Notes under the pieces: generated by a model
Seen by the model: only the letters and a program-made list of their open reading frames with translations
Told to the model about the DNA's origin: nothing
Databases searched by the model: none
NCBI GenBank assembly: GCA_030429935.1
Contig: JAUIGH010000001.1
Span: forward strand, 1-46,357
DNA length: 46,357 bases
Direction: 5' to 3'
DNA from: a bacterium
Lineage (GTDB): Bacteria; Patescibacteriota; Saccharimonadia; Saccharimonadales; Saccharimonadaceae
Made by a program: the position numbers and the translations under genes
In this document: piece after piece, positions 26,969 to 35,096 of the stretch
How the letters are laid out: each line of letters starts with the position of its first letter
Position numbering within the stretch: the stretch's first letter is position 1

Positions 26969-27975
26969 ACTTCGGCGTCACGTATATTGGCGCCGGTTTC
27001 AAATCCTCTTACAAATGAGGCGAATGCACCTGGTGTGACATCGTGGTTGTATCCACCGCCCATAATAACGAGAGTGCGCATGTTCATGTGACCAAGGCGG
27101 TCTCCAATTTCGGCATATTCCTGATCATCCAAATGGGTTAGTGGTGGCAGGCCTGGCCACTCGCGAGTATGGCCGTCAAACCCTGCTTCGATAATAAGGT
27201 AGTCGGCACCAAATGACTTAATCTTTTCTTGGGCACGTGCTAATAATTCGAAGTATTCCTCGTTTGAGATGCCAATAGGAAATGGAAGATTAAGGATGGT
27301 CCCCTCTCCTTCGCCAATGCCAGTCTCGTCTGCATGGCCAGTGTGTGGGAAGATCTCATTGGGATCGGCATGAAGGGATACGTAAAGGACCTCTGATTCA
27401 TCTTGAAAGATGTCCTGGATGCCATCACCGTGATGAACATCAAAATCCAGGATTGCAACTCGTTTGCCTGCTTCTTTGAATGCCTCGGCGGCAACGGCGG
27501 CATTATTGAAGAAACAAAAGCCATGATAGAACTCTCGCCCTGCGTGATGTCCGGGTGGTCGAGAGACGGCAATTGTAAGGCGCTTCTCTTCATCGTTCAG
27601 CAGTGCGTCGGCCGCAGCTAGAGATGCTTCGGCCGAAAAGAGGGCTTGCTCAAATGTGCCTGGATAAATTGCCGAAGCATTTGTCTCAGTGTCGCGGTCA
27701 TACGGCGACTTTAATGGGTTGTTATCTGTTGCTTGTAGACCAGTCTCATATATGGCTTGTATCATTACGGGTGAATGAAGTTTTGAGACAATGGCATAAG
27801 TTTCCTTGTGGACTTCAGGGACTACTACCCACTCTGTAGGAATGGTGTCGGAGAGGAGTTCATTTATGATGCCGTAAAGCCGCTCTGGAACATCCCATGG
27901 CTGTCCCTCGTCATCAATCCATCCCTTATGCTTGTAATGCTCGGAGTTATGGTACACGTGTCGTTCGGCTGGCAT
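26938..27975 (-). CDS. histone-deacetylase-family amidohydrolase (AcuC / acetylpolyamine amidohydrolase-like)
   Basis: RPPGHHAGREFYHGFCFFNNAAV, DFDVHHGDGIQDIF, SLHADP..FPHTGH. Start chosen at ATG 27975. The 3' end overlaps the PPTase 3' end by 31 nt. Confidence 0.8.
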   Translation of the reverse strand: MPAERHVYHNSEHYKHKGWIDDEGQPWDVPERLYGIINELLSDTIPTEWVVVPEVHKETYAIVSKLHSPVMIQAIYETGLQATDNNPLKSPYDRDTETNASAIYPGTFEQALFSAEASLAAADALLNDEEKRLTIAVSRPPGHHAGREFYHGFCFFNNAAVAAEAFKEAGKRVAILDFDVHHGDGIQDIFQDESEVLYVSLHADPNEIFPHTGHADETGIGEGEGTILNLPFPIGISNEEYFELLARAQEKIKSFGADYLIIEAGFDGHTREWPGLPPLTHLDDQEYAEIGDRLGHMNMRTLVIMGGGYNHDVTPGAFASFVRGFETGANIRDAEVYTSESTLPE

Positions 27976-28080
27976 AGTAGATTTTACTTTACAGTAATAA
28001 TGTAAACGTATCAATACAGCCACAATTTACACCAAAAGTGAACCAAATGGGTCAAAAGGGTTCATGTAAATCATGGATAG

Positions 28081-28108
28081 AAAAACGACCGATTTCGGTC
28101 GTTTTTTT
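28081..28108. terminator. bidirectional rho-independent terminator
   Basis: AAAAA-CGACC-gatttc-GGTCG-TTTTTTT, downstream of the recombinase-like gene. Confidence 0.55.
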
Positions 28109-28162
28109 GTTTCGATTCTCGCAAGCCGCTCACCCCAATAAGGAAGTGAGTCTAGGACTTTA

Positions 28163-29140
28163 TTAAACTCGTATCGATTCTCGATTATGGAGTGCAAGCT
28201 TTAAGTTAAGATTTCGTATGAGTTGTGTTTCCTCGAAGAGCGTTCCGTCCTGAACGACGTATTTTATGTAGGCACCAATTGCATCCTCTTCTCTATAAGA
28301 ATCACTTGTCGCTCTGATGATCTTTGTGAACTTGTCTATGGCAATACGTAGGTCTGGCTCAAGGGCCTCAATGTCTGTGATGAGATTATTGCAATGCTTG
28401 ATAAGCCCGTTTACAATATCTCGCTCGCGTCCAAACGGTTCTTTGCAGTCATAGTCAACCTGTCTTGAGCAATGATAGTACATAAAGACACCTACTGTGC
28501 CATTCTTGTACTTTTTCTTGCGTTCTTCGCAGACGATCGTTGAGCCGCAGCTGTAGCAGGTCATGAAGCGCTTATACGGAAATTCTTTTGCACCCCATTT
28601 GGATTTCATAGGCACTTTTAGTTGTTCTTGAACTATGTCAAACAAGTCCTTTGTAATTAGTGGCTCGTGACTGCCTTCGTACCATTGGCCACTGTCTTTG
28701 GGAAATTCAAATTTACCGTAGTAGTATGGATTTTTTAGTATTTTGTAAATCATACTCAGTGAGATGTGTTTTTCTTTTCGTGTCGTTACTGTATTATCTT
28801 CGAGCCATGACCGAATATGTCTTCCGCTCTTGCCGTTGGCTGACATTTCGAACATCTGCCTGATATATGGCGCTCGCAGCTCGTCAATAATGACATCTCG
28901 ACCATTACCACTTCCTCGCGTGAAGTAGCCGAGCGGTAGTATGCATAGCCGCCACCCCATTTCGCATTTGGCTCGGATGCCACGCTTTACGTTGATCGCC
29001 CGGTTATCGTTTTCAAGCTTTTCAATGTAGTCGTTAACCGCATGGGCTGGCTGTGATTTAACATGTTTATCTTTTTCCTGCAGGTTTTTACGCAAAGACC
29101 TAAGACTATCAATATAAGATGATAGCTGGTTCTTGCTCAT
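28163..29140 (-). CDS. large-serine-recombinase C-terminal portion (recombinase domain + zinc ribbon); catalytic N-terminal domain absent
   Basis: LPLGYF...IDELRAPYIRQMFEM..GKSGRHIRSWLEDN...IYKILKNPYYYGKF and CYSCGS...YYHCSRQ fit the recombinase and zinc-ribbon domains. No YxRVSxxxQ-type serine catalytic domain is found in the ORF or in the 260 nt upstream. Confidence 0.65.
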   Translation of the reverse strand: MSKNQLSSYIDSLRSLRKNLQEKDKHVKSQPAHAVNDYIEKLENDNRAINVKRGIRAKCEMGWRLCILPLGYFTRGSGNGRDVIIDELRAPYIRQMFEMSANGKSGRHIRSWLEDNTVTTRKEKHISLSMIYKILKNPYYYGKFEFPKDSGQWYEGSHEPLITKDLFDIVQEQLKVPMKSKWGAKEFPYKRFMTCYSCGSTIVCEERKKKYKNGTVGVFMYYHCSRQVDYDCKEPFGRERDIVNGLIKHCNNLITDIEALEPDLRIAIDKFTKIIRATSDSYREEDAIGAYIKYVVQDGTLFEETQLIRNLNLKLALHNRESIRV

Positions 29141-29380
29141 CGCAGTAAACTCTTCTAGTGGAGTAACATCAATGGCTAATTCTCTTTGCAGTCATGTCAC
29201 TTCAACGCGGACACTTTGTGCTATTTCTTTGAGCTTATCTTCCTTTTGCCACGGTAATTCAGGGAGGTTATAGTCTGCCATGTACCGTAGGTATTCCGAC
29301 CTATTGTCAAATGATTTTGGTTTATAGAATTCTTTGAGGTAAATATTAAGGGTGATCAAGGTACAATAAAAATGTCCTTA

Positions 29381-29410
29381 TAAAGAGAAGAGGCGCACCG
29401 AAGTGCGCCA
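29381..29410 (-). terminator. rho-independent terminator of the high-GC gene
   Basis: The minus strand reads GGCGCAC-ttcg-GTGCGCC followed by TCTTCTCTTT, 24 nt after the stop. Confidence 0.5.
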
Positions 29411-29433
29411 ATTCCCGAACTGCTGCTGTGGAT

Positions 29434-29856
29434 CTACACGGTCACCTTGGGGCGGTAGCCCATGATGGCGACCATGCCCATGCCGGCGAGCTCGCGACCA
29501 TGCGGGTCGTCGTACTCCATGCCGAGCATAGTGCGCGGGTCCAGGATGTCCCACCAGCCCATGATCTTGCCGAAGGCGAAGAGCATGAACGCGCGGCGCT
29601 GGTCCCCCAGGGCTCCACCGGCGACGAGGTAGTTGATCTCCTCGCCGAGTGGCGGAACTGGCTGACCCCAGCTATCGCTGGGCCACTCCTTGAGGAGTTC
29701 GATCATCTCGGCGGCGTGCTCGTGGACCTTGGCGGTCTTCAGGGCGAGCGCCATGACGAAAAAGTTGAACACCTCGCTGCCCTCGACGGGCCGCTGGTCC
29801 TCATCCACCTCGCCGAGCGAGTCGACGAGAATGGCGTTGATTCGTGCGATATCCAT
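29434..29856 (-). CDS. hypothetical protein encoded by a high-GC, high-GC3 gene
   Basis: 140-aa minus-strand ORF with an AAAGGAAG RBS and a terminator. Third codon positions are almost all G/C, unlike the surrounding island. No family recognised. Confidence 0.6.
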   Translation of the reverse strand: MDIARINAILVDSLGEVDEDQRPVEGSEVFNFFVMALALKTAKVHEHAAEMIELLKEWPSDSWGQPVPPLGEEINYLVAGGALGDQRRAFMLFAFGKIMGWWDILDPRTMLGMEYDDPHGRELAGMGMVAIMGYRPKVTV

Positions 29857-29979
29857 CGCGGGTACTTCCTTTCAGTCGGGAACAATTATACTATATCATA
29901 TACATCAAATATAATCAATAGCATAGAGTCTACATCTCGTGTCTCATTTCAGGTATCAGATCCGTATGCTTAGCCATGG

Positions 29980-30013
29980 AAAATTCCGTAGTTCTACTGA
30001 GCTACGGAATTTT
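29980..30013. repeat. 12-bp inverted repeat / orphan terminator-like hairpin
   Basis: AAAATTCCGTAG-ttctactgag-CTACGGAATTTT. No adjacent gene ends here. Confidence 0.35.
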
Positions 30014-30148
30014 TCTTTGCTCGATGTAGTGGATTCGAACTCCCGAATGCGAAGCATGAGGTGTGAAGACTGCCAGCGGCAGTCTGCAAGGCGATGTCAC
30101 ACGTGAACTATGTTCAAGAGACTGATTCGCGGGGTCGCGGAACGTGAC

Positions 30149-30165
30149 TCGAATCCCTCCACCCC
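30149..30165 (+). repeat. right copy of the 17-nt direct repeat (attR-like tRNA-Gln 3' remnant)
   Basis: tcgaatccctccacccc followed by gcca. The preceding bases (gtgac) cannot form the T stem, so this is a remnant and not a tRNA. Confidence 0.8.
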
Positions 30166-30226
30166 GCCAATGTGCTTAAGTTTGAGCACTTCTCTGAACT
30201 TCTTTTTATTGTGCTAGTATTTAAAC

Positions 30227-30661
30227 ATGGAAAAACAAGTAAAAGTTGGTGTAGGCATTTTTGTTTTTAAAGACGGCAAGTTTTTACTTCTGAAAAGGAA
30301 AGGCTCTCACGGAGGTGACACATGGTCATTGCCCGGTGGCCATCTTGAATTTGGAGAGTCGTTTGCTGAAGTAGGTGCACGTGAGCTGCTAGAGGAAACC
30401 GGACTTGTAGCAGGCAATATCCAATTTGGAGCTGTCTTAAATAATCATTTCATAGATGTCGATAAGCACTATGTTTCAGTATGGCTGACCAGTGATTGGA
30501 TGGAGGGTGAGGAGCACATTACTGAACCGGATAAGTGCCATGCGGTTGGTTGGTTTGATTTTGAATCACTCCCAGAGCCGTTATTCTTACCGTGGCAACA
30601 ATTTTTAGATTCAGATTTTCTGGAAGCTGTTGAGGGCAGGCTTAGACAAACGGCTGTTTAA
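30227..30661 (+). CDS. Nudix hydrolase
   Basis: Nudix box GGHLEFGESFAEVGARELLEETGL. Confidence 0.8.
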   Translation: MEKQVKVGVGIFVFKDGKFLLLKRKGSHGGDTWSLPGGHLEFGESFAEVGARELLEETGLVAGNIQFGAVLNNHFIDVDKHYVSVWLTSDWMEGEEHITEPDKCHAVGWFDFESLPEPLFLPWQQFLDSDFLEAVEGRLRQTAV

Positions 30662-30891
30662 TGCTTTATGAGATATATTCCCTGCCGTTAGAAACGCATC
30701 CAAAAGCCCCAGCCATGAAATTAGATTGAGTGGTTACTCGATCTTTTTTCAAATAAGCTGAGGAGCGAAGCGCTATCCCTCCACTATCTCTCAACTCTAA
30801 CTATCGACCGGAAGACTCACGCAACCCCGTACTTTGTAGACGTTATATAACCAAAGATCGAGAGCAGCATATCTACGGTATAATCTGTGTC

Positions 30892-31254
30892 ATGGGAATC
30901 GACTACACGCTGTTCGTGAGCGCGCTACTGTATTTCTTCGTCGTGAAGATCTTTGTATCTTCGAAACTCAGCATAGTATCGGCGAGTCTGATCGTCGTTC
31001 TGGGCTCGTTCGCTTTTTCGCTCCTCACCCGCTGGATTATCCTCAGTTCATAAGGCGTATCCGCTTTTGAGCTCATCAGTGTCTCAGCGATACTCACTGT
31101 GATACTTCAGCTCATGGCTGCTGTCTTCGTGTTTTATAAATTACAAGAAACCGAAGAGACGTATATGGCTTGGATGGGTTGGAGTATTTTGGGATTTGTG
31201 ACCTTATTTTTCATCATCCCATTCGTATCGAACAAATTTGTAGCATTGTTCTAG
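30892..31254 (+). pseudogene. small hydrophobic ORF interrupted by one in-frame TAA (or two separate mini-ORFs)
   Basis: MGIDYTLFVSALLYFFVVKIF...RWIILSS-TAA(31051-31053)-GVSAFELISVSAILTVILQLMAAVFVFYKL...FVALF, all in one frame. Confidence 0.3.
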
Positions 31255-31323
31255 ATTGACGTTAACGTCGAATAATTGCGGAACGCGCGTCGAGTGTAGT
31301 CGTGCTCATGCTACAATCACCAC

Positions 31324-31626
31324 ATGCACCACAGCCACAAACACATCGCTCACATCCACAAAAAACAGAATAAAAAGCCTCAGCACCTCGTCGTACTGGC
31401 GGCGAGCGTGCTGTATCCGCTGACAACGTTGCCGCAGGTGTATTTGATTTACACCAATCACTCGGCTGAAGACGTCTCGCTGTCGATGTACGTTATGTAC
31501 GTGTTATTCGCGTTCGTATTCCTGTACTACGGCATCAGCGAAAAGCTGCGCCCGGTCATCGTGCTGCAGCTGCTGTGGATCGTGATGTACGTCCCGGTGC
31601 TGGTCGGCATCCTGCTCTACGGCTAG
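31324..31626 (+). CDS. PQ-loop / SemiSWEET-like small membrane protein
   Basis: 100 aa, three hydrophobic segments, TLPQVYLIY PQ motif in the first segment. Confidence 0.5.
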   Translation: MHHSHKHIAHIHKKQNKKPQHLVVLAASVLYPLTTLPQVYLIYTNHSAEDVSLSMYVMYVLFAFVFLYYGISEKLRPVIVLQLLWIVMYVPVLVGILLYG

Positions 31627-31680
31627 TGGGTTTGCTATAGTAGTCAGTAGAATTATTCAAATCAGCTGCAGGGGGATGAT

Positions 31681-32595
31681 ATGAGTCGAGAGATGGTGCT
31701 ACAGGCGCGCGGGTTGGTCAAGGAATTTGGGGGGTTTCGGGCGCTCGATGGGTTGGATCTGGAGCTTCGGCGCGGTGAAGTCATGGGATTTCTAGGGCCA
31801 AACGGCTCGGGAAAGTCAACCACGATTCGCATCTTGCTGGGCTTGCTCAAAAAATCTGCCGGAGACGTGACATTGCTGGGTGAAGACCCGTGGAAGCACG
31901 CCGTCGAGCTGCATCGCCAACTGGCTTATGTGCCGGGTGATGTCGAGCTGTGGCCAAATCTCAGTGGTGGTGAATGCATCGACCTACTGGGTGATCTCCG
32001 CGGCGGGCTGGATGAGACTCGGCGAGCTGATCTACTAGAGCGATTTAGCCTGGATCCGACCAAAAAATTCCGCACCTACTCCAAAGGTAACCGCCAAAAA
32101 GTCGCCCTCGTCGCGGCGCTGGCGTCTGACGTCGACCTGTACATATTGGACGAGCCGACATCAGGTCTGGACCCGCTGATGGAAGCGGTATTTCAGGACT
32201 ATGTGCGCCAGCTGAAAGCTGACGGCAAGACCGTCTTGCTATCGAGCCACATCCTAGCTGAAGTCGAAGCATTGTGTGACCGGGTGACCATCATCCGTGA
32301 TGGCCGCACCGTCGAGACTGGCAGTCTGGCTGATATCCAGCAGTTGCAGCAGACGCATTTTGATATCACTACTGTCAAATCTCCCGAAAACTTGGCGGAG
32401 ATGCCGGGCGTCCATAATTATCAACACAGCGATAATACAGCGTCGTTTCAGGTCGAGCCAGATCAGCTGGCTGCCGTCACCGAAGCTGTCGCGGCGCTGG
32501 GCGTGACGCATATCACGTCGCACCCGCCCAAACTCGAAGAATTGTTCTTGCGCCACTACGACAAACAACCTGAGACCGCCACGCGGGAGTCTTAG
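31681..32595 (+). CDS. ABC transporter ATP-binding protein (ABC-2 exporter type)
   Basis: Walker A GPNGSGKST, signature-like YSKGNRQKV, Walker B LYILDEPTSGLD, H-loop SSHIL. Confidence 0.85.
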   Translation: MSREMVLQARGLVKEFGGFRALDGLDLELRRGEVMGFLGPNGSGKSTTIRILLGLLKKSAGDVTLLGEDPWKHAVELHRQLAYVPGDVELWPNLSGGECIDLLGDLRGGLDETRRADLLERFSLDPTKKFRTYSKGNRQKVALVAALASDVDLYILDEPTSGLDPLMEAVFQDYVRQLKADGKTVLLSSHILAEVEALCDRVTIIRDGRTVETGSLADIQQLQQTHFDITTVKSPENLAEMPGVHNYQHSDNTASFQVEPDQLAAVTEAVAALGVTHITSHPPKLEELFLRHYDKQPETATRES

Positions 32596-32597
32596 CG

Positions 32598-34232
32598 GTG
32601 GGCGCGTTTACTGGCACCGGACGACTGCTCAAATTAGCGCTGCGGCGCGATCGTATCGTGCTGCCGGTCACGATCGTCATCGCCGTCGCATTGGTGGCTG
32701 GTTCGGCACCCGCCCTGGCCGAAGTCTACAATACGCCAGCCGCAATCAATAGTTATGTCGCGTCGGGTGCATCGAGCGCCGTGGGACGGGTCTTTCAAGG
32801 ACCAATACAAGGCGCCACGCTCGGTTCGATATTGATTGCCGAAGTGTTCCTATTTGGCGCCATTATCTTGGGTATCATGAGTGCGTTTATCATCACCCGA
32901 CACACTCGCCACAACGAAGAACTCGGTGCGGCGGAGCTGCTGGGTGCTGGGGTGGTCGGACGGAGCGCGCCGCTGAGTGCTGCAGTCGTATTGGCGCTGC
33001 TGGCAAATGGCGTTACGGTGATCGCGTTGTATGCGAGCTTTACGCTGATGCCGGATTTTGATCAGATAGGTAGTCTGTACATGTCGCTGGCGCTGGGTGG
33101 GTTTGGCCTGGCGATGGCAGGCGTGGCAGCCGTCACAGCCCAGCTGAGTGACTATTGGCGCGGTGCTAACTTGCTAGCGATGGCGGCGCTGGGCGTGTTT
33201 TTTATCGTGCGCGGATTTGGCGACGTACTCGGTGAATTATCGGCTGACGGATTGAGTGTCACATCACATTGGCTGAGCTGGTTGTCGCCAATGGGCTGGG
33301 CGTATCTGGTGCTGCCCTACGCCGATAATCGTGTCATGCCGCTGTTACTACTCGGTGGTCTATTTGTCGTGTTGACGGCGATTGGCTACGCGCTGCTATA
33401 TCGACGTGATGTTGGCTCGAGTCTGTTTGCGTCACGCCCTGGGCGAGCCCGAGCGTCTGCACTGCTCAGCGGTACGTGGGGACTAGCCGCGCGTTTACAG
33501 TGGAGTAATTTGCTCGCATGGGGTGCAGGTTTCGTCGTGTCGGGTATCTTGATCGCCGTCGTGGTTAATGATTATCAGCAGACGTTCCAAGAAAACGAGA
33601 TATTTCGTCAGCTACTGGCCAGTACCGGCAGTACGACAGCCAGCTTTCTGGAATTGATCATCGCCCTGATGTATCCGCTGATGGCGACGTTCTTGGCCGG
33701 CTATGCGGTCGCGGCACTGATAAAACTGTCCGACGAAGAAACATCGGGCCGACTAGAAGCATTGCTGGCGACGGCTACGGACCGAACCCGCTGGCTATGG
33801 AGTCATGTGGGGTCGACTATGATAGGCAGCGTTCTGCTATTTGCAGCCATGGGCGTGACGGGAGCGTTGGGATTTGCTGCCGTCAGCGGTACAACCGAGG
33901 TCGATCCGTCGATGATCTGGTGGGCGTCACTGATCATCGTGCCAGCTATGTTGGTGTTCATCAGCGGTATTGCACTGGTATATGCGTTGTGGGGACGATG
34001 GGTCAAGCCGTTCGCGTGGACGTGGTACGCCTACTGCGCGTTCATCGGGAGTTTTGCGGGCATATTCAGCTGGCCGGATTGGGTGACCAAATTGTCACCG
34101 TTTGACTACACACCCGCCTACCCTTCGGACACAGTCGAATGGTCGATACTCGCGGCATTAGTTGCGGTTGCAGTGGTAATGAGTCTGGTGGCAACAGTGA
34201 TCTTTCGACAGCGCGATATCACGACCGAGTAA
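32598..34232 (+). CDS. ABC-2 family exporter permease (large 12-TM type)
   Basis: GTG start 3 nt after the ATPase stop. 544 aa, entirely hydrophobic-segment rich. Size and layout resemble the putative polyketide-antibiotic exporter permeases. Confidence 0.7.
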   Translation: MGAFTGTGRLLKLALRRDRIVLPVTIVIAVALVAGSAPALAEVYNTPAAINSYVASGASSAVGRVFQGPIQGATLGSILIAEVFLFGAIILGIMSAFIITRHTRHNEELGAAELLGAGVVGRSAPLSAAVVLALLANGVTVIALYASFTLMPDFDQIGSLYMSLALGGFGLAMAGVAAVTAQLSDYWRGANLLAMAALGVFFIVRGFGDVLGELSADGLSVTSHWLSWLSPMGWAYLVLPYADNRVMPLLLLGGLFVVLTAIGYALLYRRDVGSSLFASRPGRARASALLSGTWGLAARLQWSNLLAWGAGFVVSGILIAVVVNDYQQTFQENEIFRQLLASTGSTTASFLELIIALMYPLMATFLAGYAVAALIKLSDEETSGRLEALLATATDRTRWLWSHVGSTMIGSVLLFAAMGVTGALGFAAVSGTTEVDPSMIWWASLIIVPAMLVFISGIALVYALWGRWVKPFAWTWYAYCAFIGSFAGIFSWPDWVTKLSPFDYTPAYPSDTVEWSILAALVAVAVVMSLVATVIFRQRDITTE

Positions 34233-34710
34233 TTGTCCGCGACGGCGTGACGATGATGTCGACCAGTCGATCGTGTGCTTCGTGAGGGATGGAGTCTAGC
34301 AGCTGGACATCGTAGACTGGCGTAATGCTGATTGCAGATGGATAGTTGGCGAGCAATCGGTCGTACCAGCCGGCTCCCCTACCCAATCGGTTTCCATGTC
34401 GATCGACGGCCACGGCAGGCAGGATGATCACGTCTGGTGCGCTCGGCGGTATATTGGCATCGGCGGTCACGGCAACAAATTCGAGGGTGATGTGTGGGTG
34501 CTCCTGGGTTATCCAATCAGTGAAGGTGTCGAGCGGCAGCTCATGCCAAGCTGATTGTGCACGATAGCAAAGCAGATTCGTAATAGTTCGCCAATCAACA
34601 GTACGCTGCAACGCGCTATTGACGTCGCGCGCTTGTTGCTGTTTTTCAGTCAATGTGAGCTTAGCCAATCGGCGAGCAATGTCGCGTCGCTGTGCCGATT
34701 TATCTCGCAT
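34219..34710 (-). CDS. 5-formyltetrahydrofolate cyclo-ligase
   Basis: ILPAVAVDRHGNRLGRGAGWYDR matches the MTHFS C-terminal motif. Start chosen at ATG 34710. Confidence 0.7.
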   Translation of the reverse strand: MRDKSAQRRDIARRLAKLTLTEKQQQARDVNSALQRTVDWRTITNLLCYRAQSAWHELPLDTFTDWITQEHPHITLEFVAVTADANIPPSAPDVIILPAVAVDRHGNRLGRGAGWYDRLLANYPSAISITPVYDVQLLDSIPHEAHDRLVDIIVTPSRTITRS

Positions 34711-34771
34711 ATATACAGTATACGCCTGAGTAACGCTTGTGCTTTCGACAACGCACAGGTATAGTGGTGGC

Positions 34772-35071
34772 ATGGCTCAGAAAAAATCTACGACGAAGAA
34801 AACATCGACGCGTAAATCTCCATCGACGCGTGCAAAATCAACCAAGTCGACGAAAGCGTCAACTGCTCGCAAGTCGCCGGCAACGAAAACAACAGCGCGT
34901 AAGACGACCACAAAAGCACCAGCAAAGAAGTCGACTCGCGCAAAGTCAACCACCGTTCGCAAAGCTCCGGCTGTCGACAAAGTTGACTACTACCCGAATC
35001 GTGTCGCCTTGCTGACTGCGACCGCCGCAGTCCTGATATTGCTCGCGCTCGGCATGATTACCGCTCTCTAG
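34772..35071 (+). CDS. Lys/Thr/Ser/Ala-rich basic protein with C-terminal transmembrane anchor
   Basis: MAQKKSTTKKTSTRKSPSTRAKSTKSTK... followed by LLTATAAVLILLALGMITAL. Start at ATG 34772. Confidence 0.5.
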   Translation: MAQKKSTTKKTSTRKSPSTRAKSTKSTKASTARKSPATKTTARKTTTKAPAKKSTRAKSTTVRKAPAVDKVDYYPNRVALLTATAAVLILLALGMITAL

Positions 35072-35096
35072 GCTGTATCTGTAGTATACTGACTAC

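Larger units (their letters stand above)
13326..30148. mobile_element. genomic island (~16.8 kb) integrated at tRNA-Gln, probably immobilised
   Basis: Bounded by a tRNA 3'-end duplication. It is visibly lower in G+C than the flanks and carries accessory cargo plus a recombinase remnant near the right end. Confidence 0.7.

Noticed and set aside
29428-29973. 181-aa plus-strand ORF overlapping the high-GC block
   Set aside because: It is the antisense shadow of 29434-29856. The minus-strand frame has the RBS, the terminator and near-uniform G/C third positions. The plus-strand product is His/Ala/Glu/Asp-rich nonsense with no start context.
30020-30060. tRNA-like string ggattcgaactcc (reverse complement ggagttcgaatcc) suggesting another tRNA or tmRNA end
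   Set aside because: The flanking bases cannot form a T stem or an acceptor stem. It is probably a decayed fragment or a chance match.
34739-35015. Overlapping ORFs in three frames over the Lys/Thr-rich gene (34737-35015 +, 34777-34980 -) and the upstream start at 34739
   Set aside because: Low-complexity repeat DNA stays open in several frames. Only the frame with a C-terminal TM segment and ATG 34772 looks like a real protein, and even that call has moderate confidence.
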